64,000 bases of DNA from an uncultured Eubacteriales bacterium (GTDB lineage Bacteria; Bacillota; Clostridia; Oscillospirales; CAG-382): NCBI GenBank assembly GCA_900551295.1, contig URVJ01000003.1:68593-132592 (forward strand), given 5' to 3'. The translations under genes were made by a program, and so were the position numbers. The notes beneath the pieces are model-generated. The model was not told the origin of the DNA, made no database searches, and was given only the letters and a program-made list of their open reading frames with translations. Positions 1-9,851 of the stretch are shown here, one piece after another (the stretch's first letter is position 1; each line of letters opens with the position of its first letter).

Positions 1-1014
1 TCCCAGTCCGTTGCGCTTTCGGGTGCGGAAGAAACAGAGGAACTTCTGTCCGTTATGAAAAAAGTACTTACGGGCAGTCTCGGCGCGAACCTTATCGACA
101 TTGCCTTTGACACGGACGATACCGTAAACGGAGACGAGCACGGACTGCTTACCGCGCTTAAAACGTCGGGACTCTGCGACGAAAACGCACTTGACGAATT
201 CTATCACAGAGCCGCAGAGGTCATACATATTGACGGCAACTTCGTAATACTGCTTGCAAACGATAAGTACGACGTATTCAATTATTCCGGCGACGGTCAG
301 CGCGAGGAAGAATCCTCAAGCACATACAACTACATAGTCTGCGCGATCTGTCCGATAAAGCTTACAAAGCCCGCGCTTTCGTTCCAGTCTTACGACAACG
401 CCTTTCACACCCTTGCGGCAAACTCTGTAGTATCGCGTCCCGAAAACGGCTTTCTCTTTCCTGCCTTTGACGACAGGCGCGAAAACATCTACAACGCTCT
501 CTTCTACACACGCGACATCACTGCCGACAACACAGAGTTCGTAAGCAGAATTTTCAAGTCAAAACCGCCCATGCCTGCCGCAGTGCAGAAGCAGACATTC
601 GGCTCATGCCTTGCCGAAACCGTTGCCGAAGAATGTGACTTTGAGGTTCTCAAATCCGTACATTCCCAGATAAACGAGATGATCGAGGAGCACAAGAACA
701 CAAAGGACTCCGAACCTCTTGTAATGACAAAGGAAACCTTGAAGGACGTTCTGCTTTCGGGCGGCGTTTCAGAAGAAAAGGTTGAAAAGTTCGGCGAAAA
801 GTTTGAAGAAGAATTCGGTGCAAACACGCCTCTGCCGCCGAAAAATCTCATCAATACCAAAAAATTCGAGCTTACATTGCCCGACGTCACCATCAACGTA
901 AATCCCGAACGCAGCGACCTTATAACAACTCAGGTCATAAACGGCGTAGAATACATACTTATCCGCGCACATGAAGGCGTGGAGGTAAACGGCGTAAACA
1001 TAAATATCAAGTAA
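1..1014 (+). CDS. DUF4317-like conserved Firmicutes protein; the 5' end runs off the window
   Basis: The frame is open from nt 1, with no stop before the ATG at 55. Motifs YNYIVCAICPIK and FPAFDDRRENIY recall the DUF4317 family, from memory only. Confidence 0.5.
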   Translation, partial: SQSVALSGAEETEELLSVMKKVLTGSLGANLIDIAFDTDDTVNGDEHGLLTALKTSGLCDENALDEFYHRAAEVIHIDGNFVILLANDKYDVFNYSGDGQREEESSSTYNYIVCAICPIKLTKPALSFQSYDNAFHTLAANSVVSRPENGFLFPAFDDRRENIYNALFYTRDITADNTEFVSRIFKSKPPMPAAVQKQTFGSCLAETVAEECDFEVLKSVHSQINEMIEEHKNTKDSEPLVMTKETLKDVLLSGGVSEEKVEKFGEKFEEEFGANTPLPPKNLINTKKFELTLPDVTINVNPERSDLITTQVINGVEYILIRAHEGVEVNGVNINIK

Positions 1015-1118
1015 AACACGCACATTTATACGATTTTGATATTTAGCTGTACGCTTTTTATGGATTTAACCGGAATTCTATGTTAAAATAGAAAAAAGCG
1101 CAAACGGGGTGACGCAGA

Positions 1119-2012
1119 ATGCTTGAAGAAAAGATATATTACGATTTAAAGCAAGCCGATTGCAGCTACTACGAAACCGACGCCGGAAAAAACGAGTATA
1201 CAAATCCGGTATTTATGTCCTGCGCCATGCACACCCACAACTACAACGAGCTGTGCATTGTAACGCAAGGCGATTCAAAAATAATTTCTCCGTCGAGCAT
1301 ATCTCATCTTGAAGGCTGCTTTCTCATCTTTTATCCGGCGTATCTGCCGCATATGCAGATAAACCGCCTTGAAAACGGTTACAGGCGTTATCTTATACGT
1401 TACGGTTCAAACCTCGTAAATTCGGCGTTTCTGACGCCTGTCGCTTACAGTTTTGTCACAGGTGCTTCGGACGTAATAAGCCTTGCGCTTAACAAAAACG
1501 CCTGTGAAACGCTGCTTCCTGCGGTATCGCTGTTCAATCGTCTGTGCAAAGACAAACACTCTCAAAACAACGCCCAAAACCGCGCCCTTATACTGTCGGT
1601 CATACTGAATATTGTTTCGGACGCCATAAACGAGTGCGGAGGACTTGAGATAAAATCAAGCAGATATGCGTACATCGGAAAGGTCTTATCGCACATTTCG
1701 GAAAACTACGAAAAAAAGATGAGCGCGTCAATGCTTGCCGACAAATTTTACGTGAGCCGAGCAAAGCTTATGAACGATTTTCGCCGCATAACCGGTGAGA
1801 CGCTCGCGGATTACATAACAAAGGTACGTCTTGAACACGCGGCAATTCTGCTCTGCGGCAGCGAAAGCCTTTCGGAAATATCCGAAAAATGCGGTTTTTC
1901 CAGCGTAAGCTATTTTGTCAACCGTTTCGGCAGGGTTTACGGCACAACTCCGCTGAAATACCGCAAAAACAAGACGCTTTACAATTTTGACAAGTCTTTC
2001 GGCGGCGAATAA
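1119..2012 (+). CDS. AraC family transcriptional regulator
   Basis: The C-terminal dual HTH (LADYITKVRLEHAAILL ... ISEKCGFSSVSYFVNRFGRVYGTTPLKYRK) is typical of AraC/XylS. The N-terminus is cupin-like. Confidence 0.8.
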   Translation: MLEEKIYYDLKQADCSYYETDAGKNEYTNPVFMSCAMHTHNYNELCIVTQGDSKIISPSSISHLEGCFLIFYPAYLPHMQINRLENGYRRYLIRYGSNLVNSAFLTPVAYSFVTGASDVISLALNKNACETLLPAVSLFNRLCKDKHSQNNAQNRALILSVILNIVSDAINECGGLEIKSSRYAYIGKVLSHISENYEKKMSASMLADKFYVSRAKLMNDFRRITGETLADYITKVRLEHAAILLCGSESLSEISEKCGFSSVSYFVNRFGRVYGTTPLKYRKNKTLYNFDKSFGGE

Positions 2013-2095
2013 CGCAAATCTTACCGTAACAAAAACATAAATAAAAGAGCTAAGCACGGACAAAAAACGTACTTAGCCTTATTTTTGCGGAAATC

Positions 2096-2350
2096 TTACT
2101 TTATCTCCTGTTCTATATCCGAAAATGTTTCGCAGTTGAAAAAGTCGATTATGCTTATTTCAAGCCCGTCGCAAATTTTCTGCACCGTCGATACCGTGGT
2201 GCTGTTGTTTCTCCCCCCGACTATATTTCCGAGAGTCGACTGCGTTATTCCGCTCATTACCGCAAGCTTATTCACCGTTATTCCTCTTTGCGTACACAAT
2301 TCCAGAATACGTTTTTTTACTGCTTCTTTAATCGTCATATTCCCTCTCAT
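2096..2350 (-). CDS. XRE-family helix-turn-helix transcriptional regulator (small)
   Basis: HTH_3 pattern: KRILELCTQRGITVNKLAVMSGITQSTLGNIVGG. The start may instead be the second ATG at 2338. Confidence 0.7.
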   Translation of the reverse strand: MRGNMTIKEAVKKRILELCTQRGITVNKLAVMSGITQSTLGNIVGGRNNSTTVSTVQKICDGLEISIIDFFNCETFSDIEQEIK

Positions 2351-2409
2351 AAAATTTAGTTATATACATATAATATTCCCTTTTGAGTTTAAAACTTAAC
2401 CCAAAAGAG

Positions 2410-2438
2410 TTGATAAGAGGGATAATTTATGTTATTAT
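2410..2438 (+). promoter_or_regulatory. Sigma-A-like promoter with no downstream ORF
   Basis: TTGATA (2410-2415), 17-nt spacer, TATTAT (2433-2438). Confidence 0.35.
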
Positions 2439-2525
2439 AATGTCGGCGGTGCTGTTATATATCCATATTTTTCACTTCAGATACTGTTTTTTCGTTTAGC
2501 ACGGCATCGTCTTTCCTATTAAGCG

Positions 2526-2560
2526 GGGCTGTATTCGGGAAAATACAGCCCTTTTTATAT
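2526..2560 (+). terminator. Intrinsic terminator
   Basis: 10-bp stem GGGCTGTATT/AATACAGCCC, 6-nt loop, then TTTTT. Confidence 0.6.
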
Positions 2561-2564
2561 TTTT

Positions 2565-2612
2565 AAACAAAAAAAGAAAGTCCGGTATGAAATTTAAATT
2601 CACATCGGACTT
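2565..2612 (-). terminator. Probable rpsB-tsf terminator
   Basis: Stem AGTCCG/CGGACT (2579-2584 / 2606-2611), followed on the minus strand by a T-rich run (plus-strand A-run 2565-2577). The loop is large. Confidence 0.45.
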
Positions 2613-2683
2613 ATAATTTTCATAAAAAATTTACACTGTAAAAAGTGAAATTATCGGGAAATTAAGCTCTTATCGGAAAACTA

Positions 2684-3601
2684 TTACTGTTTACCGGTGA
2701 GCTTTGCGATTTCTTCAGCAAAGTTATCCTCGCGCTTTTCAAGACCCTCGCCCTTTTCGTAGCGAACGAATCCCTTAACGGTAACATTTCCGCCTGCTGC
2801 CTTTGCTGCGTCTGCAACATACTTTGCAACGGATTCCTTATCGCCTTTAACGTATTCCTGTTCCATAAGGCAGTTTGTCTCATAGAACTTGCCGAGCTTA
2901 CCGTTAACCATCATCTGGAGAACCTTTTCGGGCTTATTTGCGTTCTTTTCGTCGTTCTTGATCTGAGCGAGAACGATTTCCTTTTCAGCGTCGACAGCCT
3001 CTGCGGGAACGTTGTCCTTATCGAGGTACTTCGGGCTCATTGCTGCTGCCTGAAGTGCAAGGTTCTTGAAGATTTCCTTTGCTGCGTCTTCGGAAGTGGT
3101 AGCTTCGCCGTATACGATTACGCCGATAGTGCCGCCGCCGTGTACATAGGAATTTGCAAGTCCTTCAACGATGGTGAAACGTCTGATAGAGAGCTTTTCG
3201 CCTATCTGGAATATCTTATCCTTGAGTATAGCCTCAACGGTATCGTCGGTACCTACGTACTTTGCTGCGAGAAGTGCGTCTACGTCAGCAGGCTTTACTG
3301 CAAGTATGGTCTTGAGAAGATCCTTTACAAAGTTTCTGAAAGTTTCGTTCTTTGCAACGAAGTCTGTCTCGGAGTTTACTTCGATCATGGCGGTGAGATT
3401 GCCTTCCGAAAGTATATCTACGATACCTTCCGCAGCAATTCTGCTCGCCTTTTTCTCAGCAACGGCAAGTCCCTTTTCGCGAAGAATCTTAACTGCTTCT
3501 TCCTTATCGCCGTTTGCTTCGGTGAGTGCCTTTTTGCACTCCATCATGCCTATACCGGTCTGCGCGCGCAGCTCGGATACGTCCTTAGCTGTAAAGTTCA
3601 T
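2684..3601 (-). CDS. tsf: Translation elongation factor Ts
   Basis: N-terminal UBA-like TAKDVSELRAQTGIGMMECKKALTEANGD. GGGAGGA RBS. Located downstream of rpsB. Confidence 0.95.
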   Translation of the reverse strand: MNFTAKDVSELRAQTGIGMMECKKALTEANGDKEEAVKILREKGLAVAEKKASRIAAEGIVDILSEGNLTAMIEVNSETDFVAKNETFRNFVKDLLKTILAVKPADVDALLAAKYVGTDDTVEAILKDKIFQIGEKLSIRRFTIVEGLANSYVHGGGTIGVIVYGEATTSEDAAKEIFKNLALQAAAMSPKYLDKDNVPAEAVDAEKEIVLAQIKNDEKNANKPEKVLQMMVNGKLGKFYETNCLMEQEYVKGDKESVAKYVADAAKAAGGNVTVKGFVRYEKGEGLEKREDNFAEEIAKLTGKQ

Positions 3602-3636
3602 TTTTAATCCTCCCGTTTAAACGTGATTTTCTGTAA

Positions 3637-4380
3637 TTATTCTGCTGCTTCGTCAGCGGCGTCGTCGGACTTCTCATCTTCAGCGCCGGTGAACTGTTCG
3701 CCCTGCTTGCCTTCGAGAACGGCGTCTGCCATTACGGAGAGTATGAGCTTGATGCCGCGGATTGCGTCATCGTTACCGGGAATTACATAATCTACTTCAT
3801 CGGGGTCGCAGTTGGTATCTACGATAGCAACAACCGGAATACCGAGTTTCTTTGCTTCAGCTACTGCGTTCTTTTCCTTCTTAGGGTCTACTACGAACAT
3901 TGCGGAGGGAAGTCCCTTCATGTTCTTGATACCGCCGAGGTTTCTCTCGAGGTCGTTTATTTCCTTAACGAGCGAAATTACTTCTTTCTTGGGAAGAAGT
4001 TCAAATGTTCCGTCGTCTTCCATTCTGTGGAGTGCGTTAAGACGAGCTATGCTCTTCTTGATGGTCTTGAAGTTGGTAAGCATACCGCCGAGCCATCTCA
4101 TGTTTACATAGTAGCAGCCTGCTCTTTCAGCCTCTTCCTTGATTGCGTCGGAAGCCTGCTTCTTTGTACCTACGAAAAGAATGTCGCCGCCGTCCATAGA
4201 AATCTCTCTGATGAACATATAAGCTTCTTCGAGCTTCTTTACGGTCTTCTGAAGGTCGATGATATATACACCGTTTCTTTCAGTGAAGATGTACTCAGCC
4301 ATTTTAGGGTTCCATCTTCTTGTGTGATGTCCGAAATGGACGCCTGCTTCAAGCAGCTGCTTCATTGATACTACTGACAT
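3637..4380 (-). CDS. rpsB: 30S ribosomal protein S2
   Basis: [22 protein letters not shown] and VDTNCDPD motifs. AAAGGAGG RBS. Confidence 0.95.
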   Translation of the reverse strand: MSVVSMKQLLEAGVHFGHHTRRWNPKMAEYIFTERNGVYIIDLQKTVKKLEEAYMFIREISMDGGDILFVGTKKQASDAIKEEAERAGCYYVNMRWLGGMLTNFKTIKKSIARLNALHRMEDDGTFELLPKKEVISLVKEINDLERNLGGIKNMKGLPSAMFVVDPKKEKNAVAEAKKLGIPVVAIVDTNCDPDEVDYVIPGNDDAIRGIKLILSVMADAVLEGKQGEQFTGAEDEKSDDAADEAAE

Positions 4381-4479
4381 TTTTCATGTCCTCCTTTAGG
4401 TTTTTTCCACCACGCACGACCTTAGTACGGCAAATCCGGGTATTTCCGGACACCTTACCGCAAATACGCACGTGTGTGT

Positions 4480-4521
4480 GATAAAAATAAATTAAAAATA
4501 CCGTCGGGCACAGCCCAACGG
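4480..4521 (-). terminator. Terminator-like hairpin between the upstream membrane-protein gene and rpsB
   Basis: Minus strand reads CCGTTGGGC-TGT-GCCCGACGG (9 bp including one G-U pair), followed by TATTTTTAATTTATTTTT. Confidence 0.5.
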
Positions 4522-4602
4522 TTGATATTATAACACAATATGCTTATCAATTAAAGTCTGCTTTGACGTTATTTACATTTTTTTTACATTTACTTTGCCC
4601 TT

Positions 4603-5061
4603 TCATCTGCCTCTGTACCGTTTTGAGCCTGAACCTGCCGCAGACATTCTTACGCCGATAACAGCCGCGGCAATTACACAAAGGCAGAGTGCACTCCTGT
4701 AAACAATGCCGTGTTCTGACGACGGAAACACAAGCGACACCGCAAACAGCACCGCAAGAAACACAGCGCCGCAAAGAGCACCCGTGCCGAGAGATGCATT
4801 TTTGCCGAGTTTTCCCGACGCAAATCCTCCCGCAAGCGACGAAACCGCAGCGCAGGCAAATCCGACCGGTGCAAACAGTTTTCCCGGATCCGCATTGCTT
4901 TTAAGCACGCACGCGCATAATATGAGCAGCAAAATCCAAAGCAGTGCCGACACCGCCGTTCCGAGACACGCCGATTTTGCCATGCCCGTACCTGTCGCCG
5001 CAGCGCCCGGAGCATTTTTAAAGACTTTTCCGGTCTTTCTTTTCTTTTTCAAGTTCAGCAC
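4603..5061 (-). CDS. Small integral membrane protein (about 4 TM helices), function unknown
   Basis: Hydrophobic segments ALLWILLLILCACVL, FACAAVSSLAGGF, ALCGAVFLAVLFAV and LCLCVIAAAVIGV. The start is uncertain; a TTG at 5052 has better GGAGG spacing. Confidence 0.4.
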   Translation of the reverse strand: MLNLKKKRKTGKVFKNAPGAAATGTGMAKSACLGTAVSALLWILLLILCACVLKSNADPGKLFAPVGFACAAVSSLAGGFASGKLGKNASLGTGALCGAVFLAVLFAVSLVFPSSEHGIVYRSALCLCVIAAAVIGVRMSAAGSGSKRYRGR

Positions 5062-5218
5062 CTCCGTTACGGTATCAATATATGCGCCGTTTTACGAACA
5101 AAGAACCCGATTTTAATTATTTTGCAAAAACGCCGTGCAAAAAAGAAGTACGGCACGCTTTTATTCTCGTACCGTACGGTTTGCGACATAACATAATATT
5201 GCACAAAGCAGGCAGCAT

Positions 5219-5614
5219 TTACTGTTTTTCTTCCTGCTTTTTAACGCCCGTTACTTTGTATCCGCCCTTGGGAGCCTTTGTATCTCCGTTTTTGAGGTCA
5301 ACCGTGGAGATTGCCGAACGTCTTACGCGGATCTTGTTTCTGTCGGCGCCTGTCTCTATGGTAATAACGTCGTCCTTGATGTGTGTTACTCTGCCGATAA
5401 TTCCGCCGATAGTGGTGATCTCGTCGCCGACTTCAAGAGAATTTCTCAGAGCTGCTGCTTCTTTTTCCTGCTTTTTCTGAGGTCTTATCATAAAGAAATA
5501 GAAAAAAGCCACGATTGCAACGATATAAATTACCATAACTATCGCCGAGTTTGCCCCGCCCTGCGTTCCGGTGTTTTCGGCAGCCGCGTCGAGCGCATAA
5601 AACATATTCTGCAT
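5219..5614 (-). CDS. yajC: Preprotein translocase subunit YajC
   Basis: A single TM helix followed by RPQKKQEKE...LEVGDEITTIGGIIGRV, the YajC signature. Confidence 0.85.
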   Translation of the reverse strand: MQNMFYALDAAAENTGTQGGANSAIVMVIYIVAIVAFFYFFMIRPQKKQEKEAAALRNSLEVGDEITTIGGIIGRVTHIKDDVITIETGADRNKIRVRRSAISTVDLKNGDTKAPKGGYKVTGVKKQEEKQ

Positions 5615-5704
5615 TTAATGTTCCTTCTTTCACAATGAATATTTATCAGAATAACACTATAATATGAACCTGATGTTAATTCAGCATAAATTAATAGTTC
5701 AAGT

Positions 5705-5748
5705 GCGAAAAAATCAAAGTCCGGAACAGCGCAAAGCCGAACCGGACT
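5705..5748 (-). terminator. Intrinsic terminator after the RNHCP gene (hairpin is bidirectional)
   Basis: Stem AGTCCGG/CCGGACT (5718-5724 / 5742-5748). On the minus strand it is followed by TTGATTTTTT. Confidence 0.6.
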
Positions 5749-5774
5749 GTTTTACATTGCTGTTTGCCCTTGTC

Positions 5775-6122
5775 TTATCTGTCCGCGGTAAGAGCGATAA
5801 GCAGCGATTCGTCGTCGTACTGCTCGTCGGGCAGCGTATCCTTTGCGCTCATTTTAAGAGCCGCCTTGTTTCTGCCCTCGAAACCGCATTTATCGCATTT
5901 ATACAGTATCACAAATCCCTTTTTGGGATCGGGGAACGTCCTCACCGGTCTAAGCACGCCGCGGCAATCGCACGCCCTGTCACCGGGAAGTATATCCACA
6001 TGAAGCGAACACAGGCATTTCGGGCAGTGATTTCTGCTTGTGCGGCCCAAGGGTTCGACCTTAAATCCGCAGTTTACGCAGACAAAACCCTCGTCGTTTT
6101 TTGAAAAACGCTTTGTTTCCAT
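5775..6122 (-). CDS. RNHCP domain-containing zinc-ribbon protein
   Basis: Contains the literal RNHCPKC motif plus CVNC and CDKC cysteine pairs. Confidence 0.7.
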   Translation of the reverse strand: METKRFSKNDEGFVCVNCGFKVEPLGRTSRNHCPKCLCSLHVDILPGDRACDCRGVLRPVRTFPDPKKGFVILYKCDKCGFEGRNKAALKMSAKDTLPDEQYDDESLLIALTADR

Positions 6123-6129
6123 AAAAGCT

Positions 6130-7182
6130 TTACTTTCCGCCGTTCTCTCTGACGATGGATTCCCAGAGTCCGTTCAGATAAGCCGCGCCGAGCGCTCTGT
6201 CGTAAAGTCCGTAGCCCGGTCTGCCCTGTTCGCCCCAGATCATGCGTCCGTGGTCGGGTCTTACGTATCCGTCGAAGTTTACGTCGTATGCAGCTTTCAT
6301 TATCTCGTACATATCGAGAGAGCCGCATTCCGTCTTATGCGCCGTTTCGTTGAAGTCGCGTCCGCCCATATGCTTGATATTTCTCGCATGAAGGAAGTGT
6401 ATCTTTCCCTCGCCGCCGAATCTGCGGATAAGGTGCGGAATATCGTTATCGGGATTTACGCCGAGAGAGCCTGTGCAGAGCGTAAGTCCGTTATACGGCG
6501 AATCGACAAGCTTTAAAAATCTTTCAAGGTTCTTTTCGTTTGTGATTATTCTCGGAAGTCCGAATATGCCCCATGGCGGATCGTCCGGATGTATTGCCAT
6601 CTTGACGTCGTATTCCTCGCAAACGGGTATAATTGCCTTTAAGAAATACTCTGTATTCTTCCAGAGCGCCTCTTCGTCGATGCTCTTATACTCGTCGAGC
6701 AGCGCGTCAAGTCCCGCCTTTGTATAGCTTGCGTCCCAGCCGGGCAGCGAAAGGTCGCCCTTTCTCGGATCCATTGCAAGAACCTCTGCGTCGCGGTAGA
6801 TAAGCGACGTCGAACCGTCGGCATTCTTATAATCAAGGCTTGAGCGCAGCCAGTCGAACACCGGCATAAAGTTATAGCATATTACCTTAACGCCCGCCTT
6901 TCCGAGACGTCTGATATTCTCGCAGTAAACCTCGATATACTTATCTCTCGAAGGCTTGCCGAGTTTGATGTCCTCATGCACCGGAACGCTCTCGACTATA
7001 TCGAACACAAGTCCGTGATCTGAACATTTCTTTTTTATGTCCTCTATCGCCTCAGTCGGCCAGACCTCTCCCGGAGGAACGGAATAAACCGCCGAAACGA
7101 CGCTTCTCATTGCAGGTATCTGCGATATGTATTCCAGCGTTACCGGATCACTGTCGCCGTACCAGCGAAAACTCATTTTCAT
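6130..7182 (-). CDS. uxuA: Mannonate dehydratase
   Basis: MKMSFRWYG start preceded by AAGGAGA. Matches UxuA motifs [29 protein letters not shown] and RPDHG. The longer ORF-track start at 7257 has no RBS. Confidence 0.85.
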   Translation of the reverse strand: MKMSFRWYGDSDPVTLEYISQIPAMRSVVSAVYSVPPGEVWPTEAIEDIKKKCSDHGLVFDIVESVPVHEDIKLGKPSRDKYIEVYCENIRRLGKAGVKVICYNFMPVFDWLRSSLDYKNADGSTSLIYRDAEVLAMDPRKGDLSLPGWDASYTKAGLDALLDEYKSIDEEALWKNTEYFLKAIIPVCEEYDVKMAIHPDDPPWGIFGLPRIITNEKNLERFLKLVDSPYNGLTLCTGSLGVNPDNDIPHLIRRFGGEGKIHFLHARNIKHMGGRDFNETAHKTECGSLDMYEIMKAAYDVNFDGYVRPDHGRMIWGEQGRPGYGLYDRALGAAYLNGLWESIVRENGGK

Positions 7183-7213
7183 GTTTGTTTTCTCCTTATT
7201 ATATATAAATTGT

Positions 7214-8209
7214 TTATTTTGCCTTTGCTTTCTGTATGCGTATATCGCTTCCCTCAAATCTGAACGAACGGAAACTGCCTATAAGCCTTGACGTTATTCT
7301 GTCGTCGTAGGTTTTCTTGAAAAGCTGTGTATTATCGAGGTTTGTGCTTATTATCATAGGCTTTGCGCCGTTAATGCGCGTGTTTATGAGATTATACAGC
7401 ACGGACTGCGTAAAGGAATTGACAAATTCCGTGCCGAGATCGTCTATGATAAGCAGGTCGCACGAGAAAAATCTGTCAGTCTCGTTTCCTGCGTTCTCGT
7501 CGCGCTCAAATCTCGAAAGCTCAAACGCACGTATTATATTCTGCGCGCTTTCATATACGACGTCATAGCCTTTTTCGATTATTCCGCGTGCGACAGCCGT
7601 CGTGAGATGGGTTTTGCCAAGTCCCGTCTTTCCTATAAACAAAAGGTTTGACGCATTTTCAGGGTTTCCGAAATCGCTGACGTACTTTTTCGACTTTTCC
7701 AAAATACTCGACATGACCTGTCTCGGGCTGAGCTTGCCGTCGGGAGCTTTATCAGAATAAAAGTCAAGTTCAAAGTTTTCAAAGCCCTGATGTTTGAGAG
7801 TGCTCCCCAATCCCGCGCTTTCAAAAGCCGCCTGCGCCAGCGCTTTTCTCTTGCAGGAACACATTTCTACGCCTACATATCCCGTGTCGCGGCATTTAGG
7901 GCAGGTATATTTAACTTCCGTAAAATCTTCGGCAAATCCGTTTTGTTTCAACAACTCTTTTCTGTGATTCTGAAGATCGAGATTTTCTTTTTTCAGCTTT
8001 GCCATACGTTCTTCAAGCCCGTCTTTGCCCATGAGAGCCGCACGGTACACGTTAAGTCCCGTAAGAGAAAGAGCGTGGTCTATCTCTTTTATCATAGGAC
8101 ATTTTTCGTAGACAAGCTCTGTATGCTCAGCCGCCGTCTGTTCGGCGCGTTTTCTTCTTGCCTCGATAAGCTCGTCAGCTTTTTTTACCGCGGTTTCCGG
8201 ATATGACAT
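7214..8209 (-). CDS. DnaC/DnaI-like AAA+ ATPase with an N-terminal zinc-binding motif
   Basis: Walker [11 protein letters not shown], Walker B LLIIDDLG, and CPKCRDTGY...CSC upstream. Start taken at MSYPE. Confidence 0.7.
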   Translation of the reverse strand: MSYPETAVKKADELIEARRKRAEQTAAEHTELVYEKCPMIKEIDHALSLTGLNVYRAALMGKDGLEERMAKLKKENLDLQNHRKELLKQNGFAEDFTEVKYTCPKCRDTGYVGVEMCSCKRKALAQAAFESAGLGSTLKHQGFENFELDFYSDKAPDGKLSPRQVMSSILEKSKKYVSDFGNPENASNLLFIGKTGLGKTHLTTAVARGIIEKGYDVVYESAQNIIRAFELSRFERDENAGNETDRFFSCDLLIIDDLGTEFVNSFTQSVLYNLINTRINGAKPMIISTNLDNTQLFKKTYDDRITSRLIGSFRSFRFEGSDIRIQKAKAK

Positions 8210-8362
8210 AAAAATCCGCACCGTCCTTTCAGCATTATTTCGATTGTATTTTATCACATTTAATTCTTCAAGTCAATATTTATACGCAAACACGGCACGA
8301 TTTTTGTAAAATTTTATTTTTATGTAAATTTTCGCTTTTCTTCGCAAAAGAGCATTTTTGTA

Positions 8363-8391
8363 TTGAACAAAGCGCGGTTTTATGGTAAAAT
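8363..8391 (+). promoter_or_regulatory. mnmA promoter
   Basis: TTGAAC, 17-nt spacer, TGgTAAAAT (extended -10). Confidence 0.5.
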
Positions 8392-8426
8392 AAACACGGA
8401 AACCAACTCATAAAGGAAGATAATCC

Positions 8427-9500
8427 ATGTGCAAAAAAACAATCACGGCAATGAGCGGAGGCGTTGACTCATCTGTTGCGGCTCTGTTATTAAACGAGCG
8501 CGGATACGAAAACGTCGGCATAACCTTAAAGCTTTACGACAACGAGGACGTCGGAATATCGCGCGAAAAGACCTGCTGCAGCATAGATGACATAAACGAC
8601 GCGCAGAGAGTCTGCGCAAAGCTCGGAATACCGCACTACGTATTCAACTTTTCTGACGATTTTGCAAAATACGTCATAGACAACTTTACCGAAACGTACC
8701 TCTGCGGAAAAACGCCAAATCCCTGCATCGAATGCAACAGGCATATAAAGTTCAGAATTCTTCTTGAGCGCGCAAAGCAGATGGATTTTGATTATATTGC
8801 GACGGGTCACTATTGCAGCACGGAACGCGACAGCGCTACGGGACGGTATATGTTAAAGAAAGCTCTCGACGACACCAAGGATCAGACATATGTTCTGTAC
8901 ATGCTGACGCAGGAGCAGCTCTCGCATACGCTTTTCCCTCTCGGAGGAATGACAAAGAAGCAGGTGCGCGAAATAGCCGAGCAAAGCGGTCTTATAAACG
9001 CGCGCAAGCACGACAGCCAGGACATATGCTTTGTCAAGGACGGCGACTACCGTTCGTTTATCGAAAACCGCACGGGAAAGCACTTTGAATGCGGCGACTT
9101 CCGTCTTGCCGACGGCACAAAAGTCGGCACTCACAAGGGCATTATCGGCTACACCACCGGACAGCGAAAAGGTCTCGGCATTGCGTACTCAGAGCCGTTA
9201 TACGTCGTGAGCAAGGACGTTGAAAACAACGTGGTCACGGTCGGAAAGCAAAACGAGCTGTTTTCAAAAAGAGTAAAGGTAAAAGACGTAAACTTCATGC
9301 CGTTTGAAAGCCTTTCGTCGCCTATGAAAATAAACGCAAAACTGCGCTACAAGCAAAAGGAAAGTCCGTGTACCATGTTTCCCGACGGCGAAAACTCGGT
9401 AATTCTCGAATTCGACGATCCTCAGAGAGCCGTTACATCGGGACAGGCAGCCGTTTTCTATGACGGAGAGTACGTTGTCGGCGGCGGCACGATAGTATGA
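8427..9500 (+). CDS. mnmA: tRNA 2-thiouridine(34) synthase
   Basis: PP-loop AMSGGVDSSVAA, TPNPCIECN, and the C-terminal GQAAVFYDG motif. Confidence 0.9.
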   Translation: MCKKTITAMSGGVDSSVAALLLNERGYENVGITLKLYDNEDVGISREKTCCSIDDINDAQRVCAKLGIPHYVFNFSDDFAKYVIDNFTETYLCGKTPNPCIECNRHIKFRILLERAKQMDFDYIATGHYCSTERDSATGRYMLKKALDDTKDQTYVLYMLTQEQLSHTLFPLGGMTKKQVREIAEQSGLINARKHDSQDICFVKDGDYRSFIENRTGKHFECGDFRLADGTKVGTHKGIIGYTTGQRKGLGIAYSEPLYVVSKDVENNVVTVGKQNELFSKRVKVKDVNFMPFESLSSPMKINAKLRYKQKESPCTMFPDGENSVILEFDDPQRAVTSGQAAVFYDGEYVVGGGTIV

Positions 9501-9545
9501 CCTTGCGCTTTTAAGGCAGTTTATGTTCTTTTTTCAAAAAAGGTC

Positions 9546-9574
9546 TTGACAAAATATTTTTTACATGATATAAT
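9546..9574 (+). promoter_or_regulatory. Consensus sigma-A promoter for tRNA-Ser
   Basis: TTGACA (9546-9551), 17-nt spacer, TATAAT (9569-9574). Confidence 0.7.
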
Positions 9575-9614
9575 AATCAAGCTGTCGAAAGCACGGCGGC
9601 ATTTTATATCAAAC

Positions 9615-9706
9615 GGAAAGATGGCTGAGCTGGTCTAAGGCGCACGACTGGAAATCGTGTTTCGGCTAATACCCGAACCAGGGTTCGAATCCCTGTCTTT
9701 CCGCCA
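9615..9706 (+). tRNA. tRNA-Ser (anticodon GGA) with a long variable arm and encoded CCA
   Basis: Hand-folded. Acceptor GGAAAGA/TCTTTCC; anticodon stem CACGA/TCGTG with loop CTGGAAA; variable arm TTCGG/CCGAA; T-arm CAGGG-TTCGAAT-CCCTG; ends in GCCA. Confidence 0.9.
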
Positions 9707-9710
9707 TAAC

Positions 9711-9750
9711 AGAACTGCGGTTTTAATATGAGCCGCAGTTCTTTTTTATT
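9711..9750 (+). terminator. Intrinsic terminator after tRNA-Ser
   Basis: 10-bp stem AGAACTGCGG/CCGCAGTTCT followed by a run of T. Confidence 0.8.
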
Positions 9751-9769
9751 GTTTTCCAAGTTGCAAAGG

Positions 9770-9799
9770 ACAAAAAACAAGTCCGGAAAAGCTCCGGAC
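9770..9799 (-). terminator. Intrinsic terminator after wecB
   Basis: Stem GTCCGGA/TCCGGAC (9781-9799). On the minus strand it is followed by TTGTTTTTTG. Confidence 0.6.
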
Positions 9800-9851
9800 C
9801 TGCGTTATAATATTCATCTTTTCCGTGCGATACTGCCGGCACGCACGTTTT

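Noticed and set aside
2085-2399. A 104-aa plus-strand ORF overlapping the XRE gene.
   Set aside because: The opposite strand encodes a clear HTH protein. The plus-strand translation is hydrophobic low-complexity sequence with no RBS.
7214-8209. An IstB/DnaC-like AAA+ ATPase as a possible IS21 helper gene (mobile element).
   Set aside because: There is no adjacent IstA transposase and no terminal inverted repeats. The protein is longer than IstB and has an N-terminal Cys-cluster domain. It fits a chromosomal DnaC/DnaI-like loader better.
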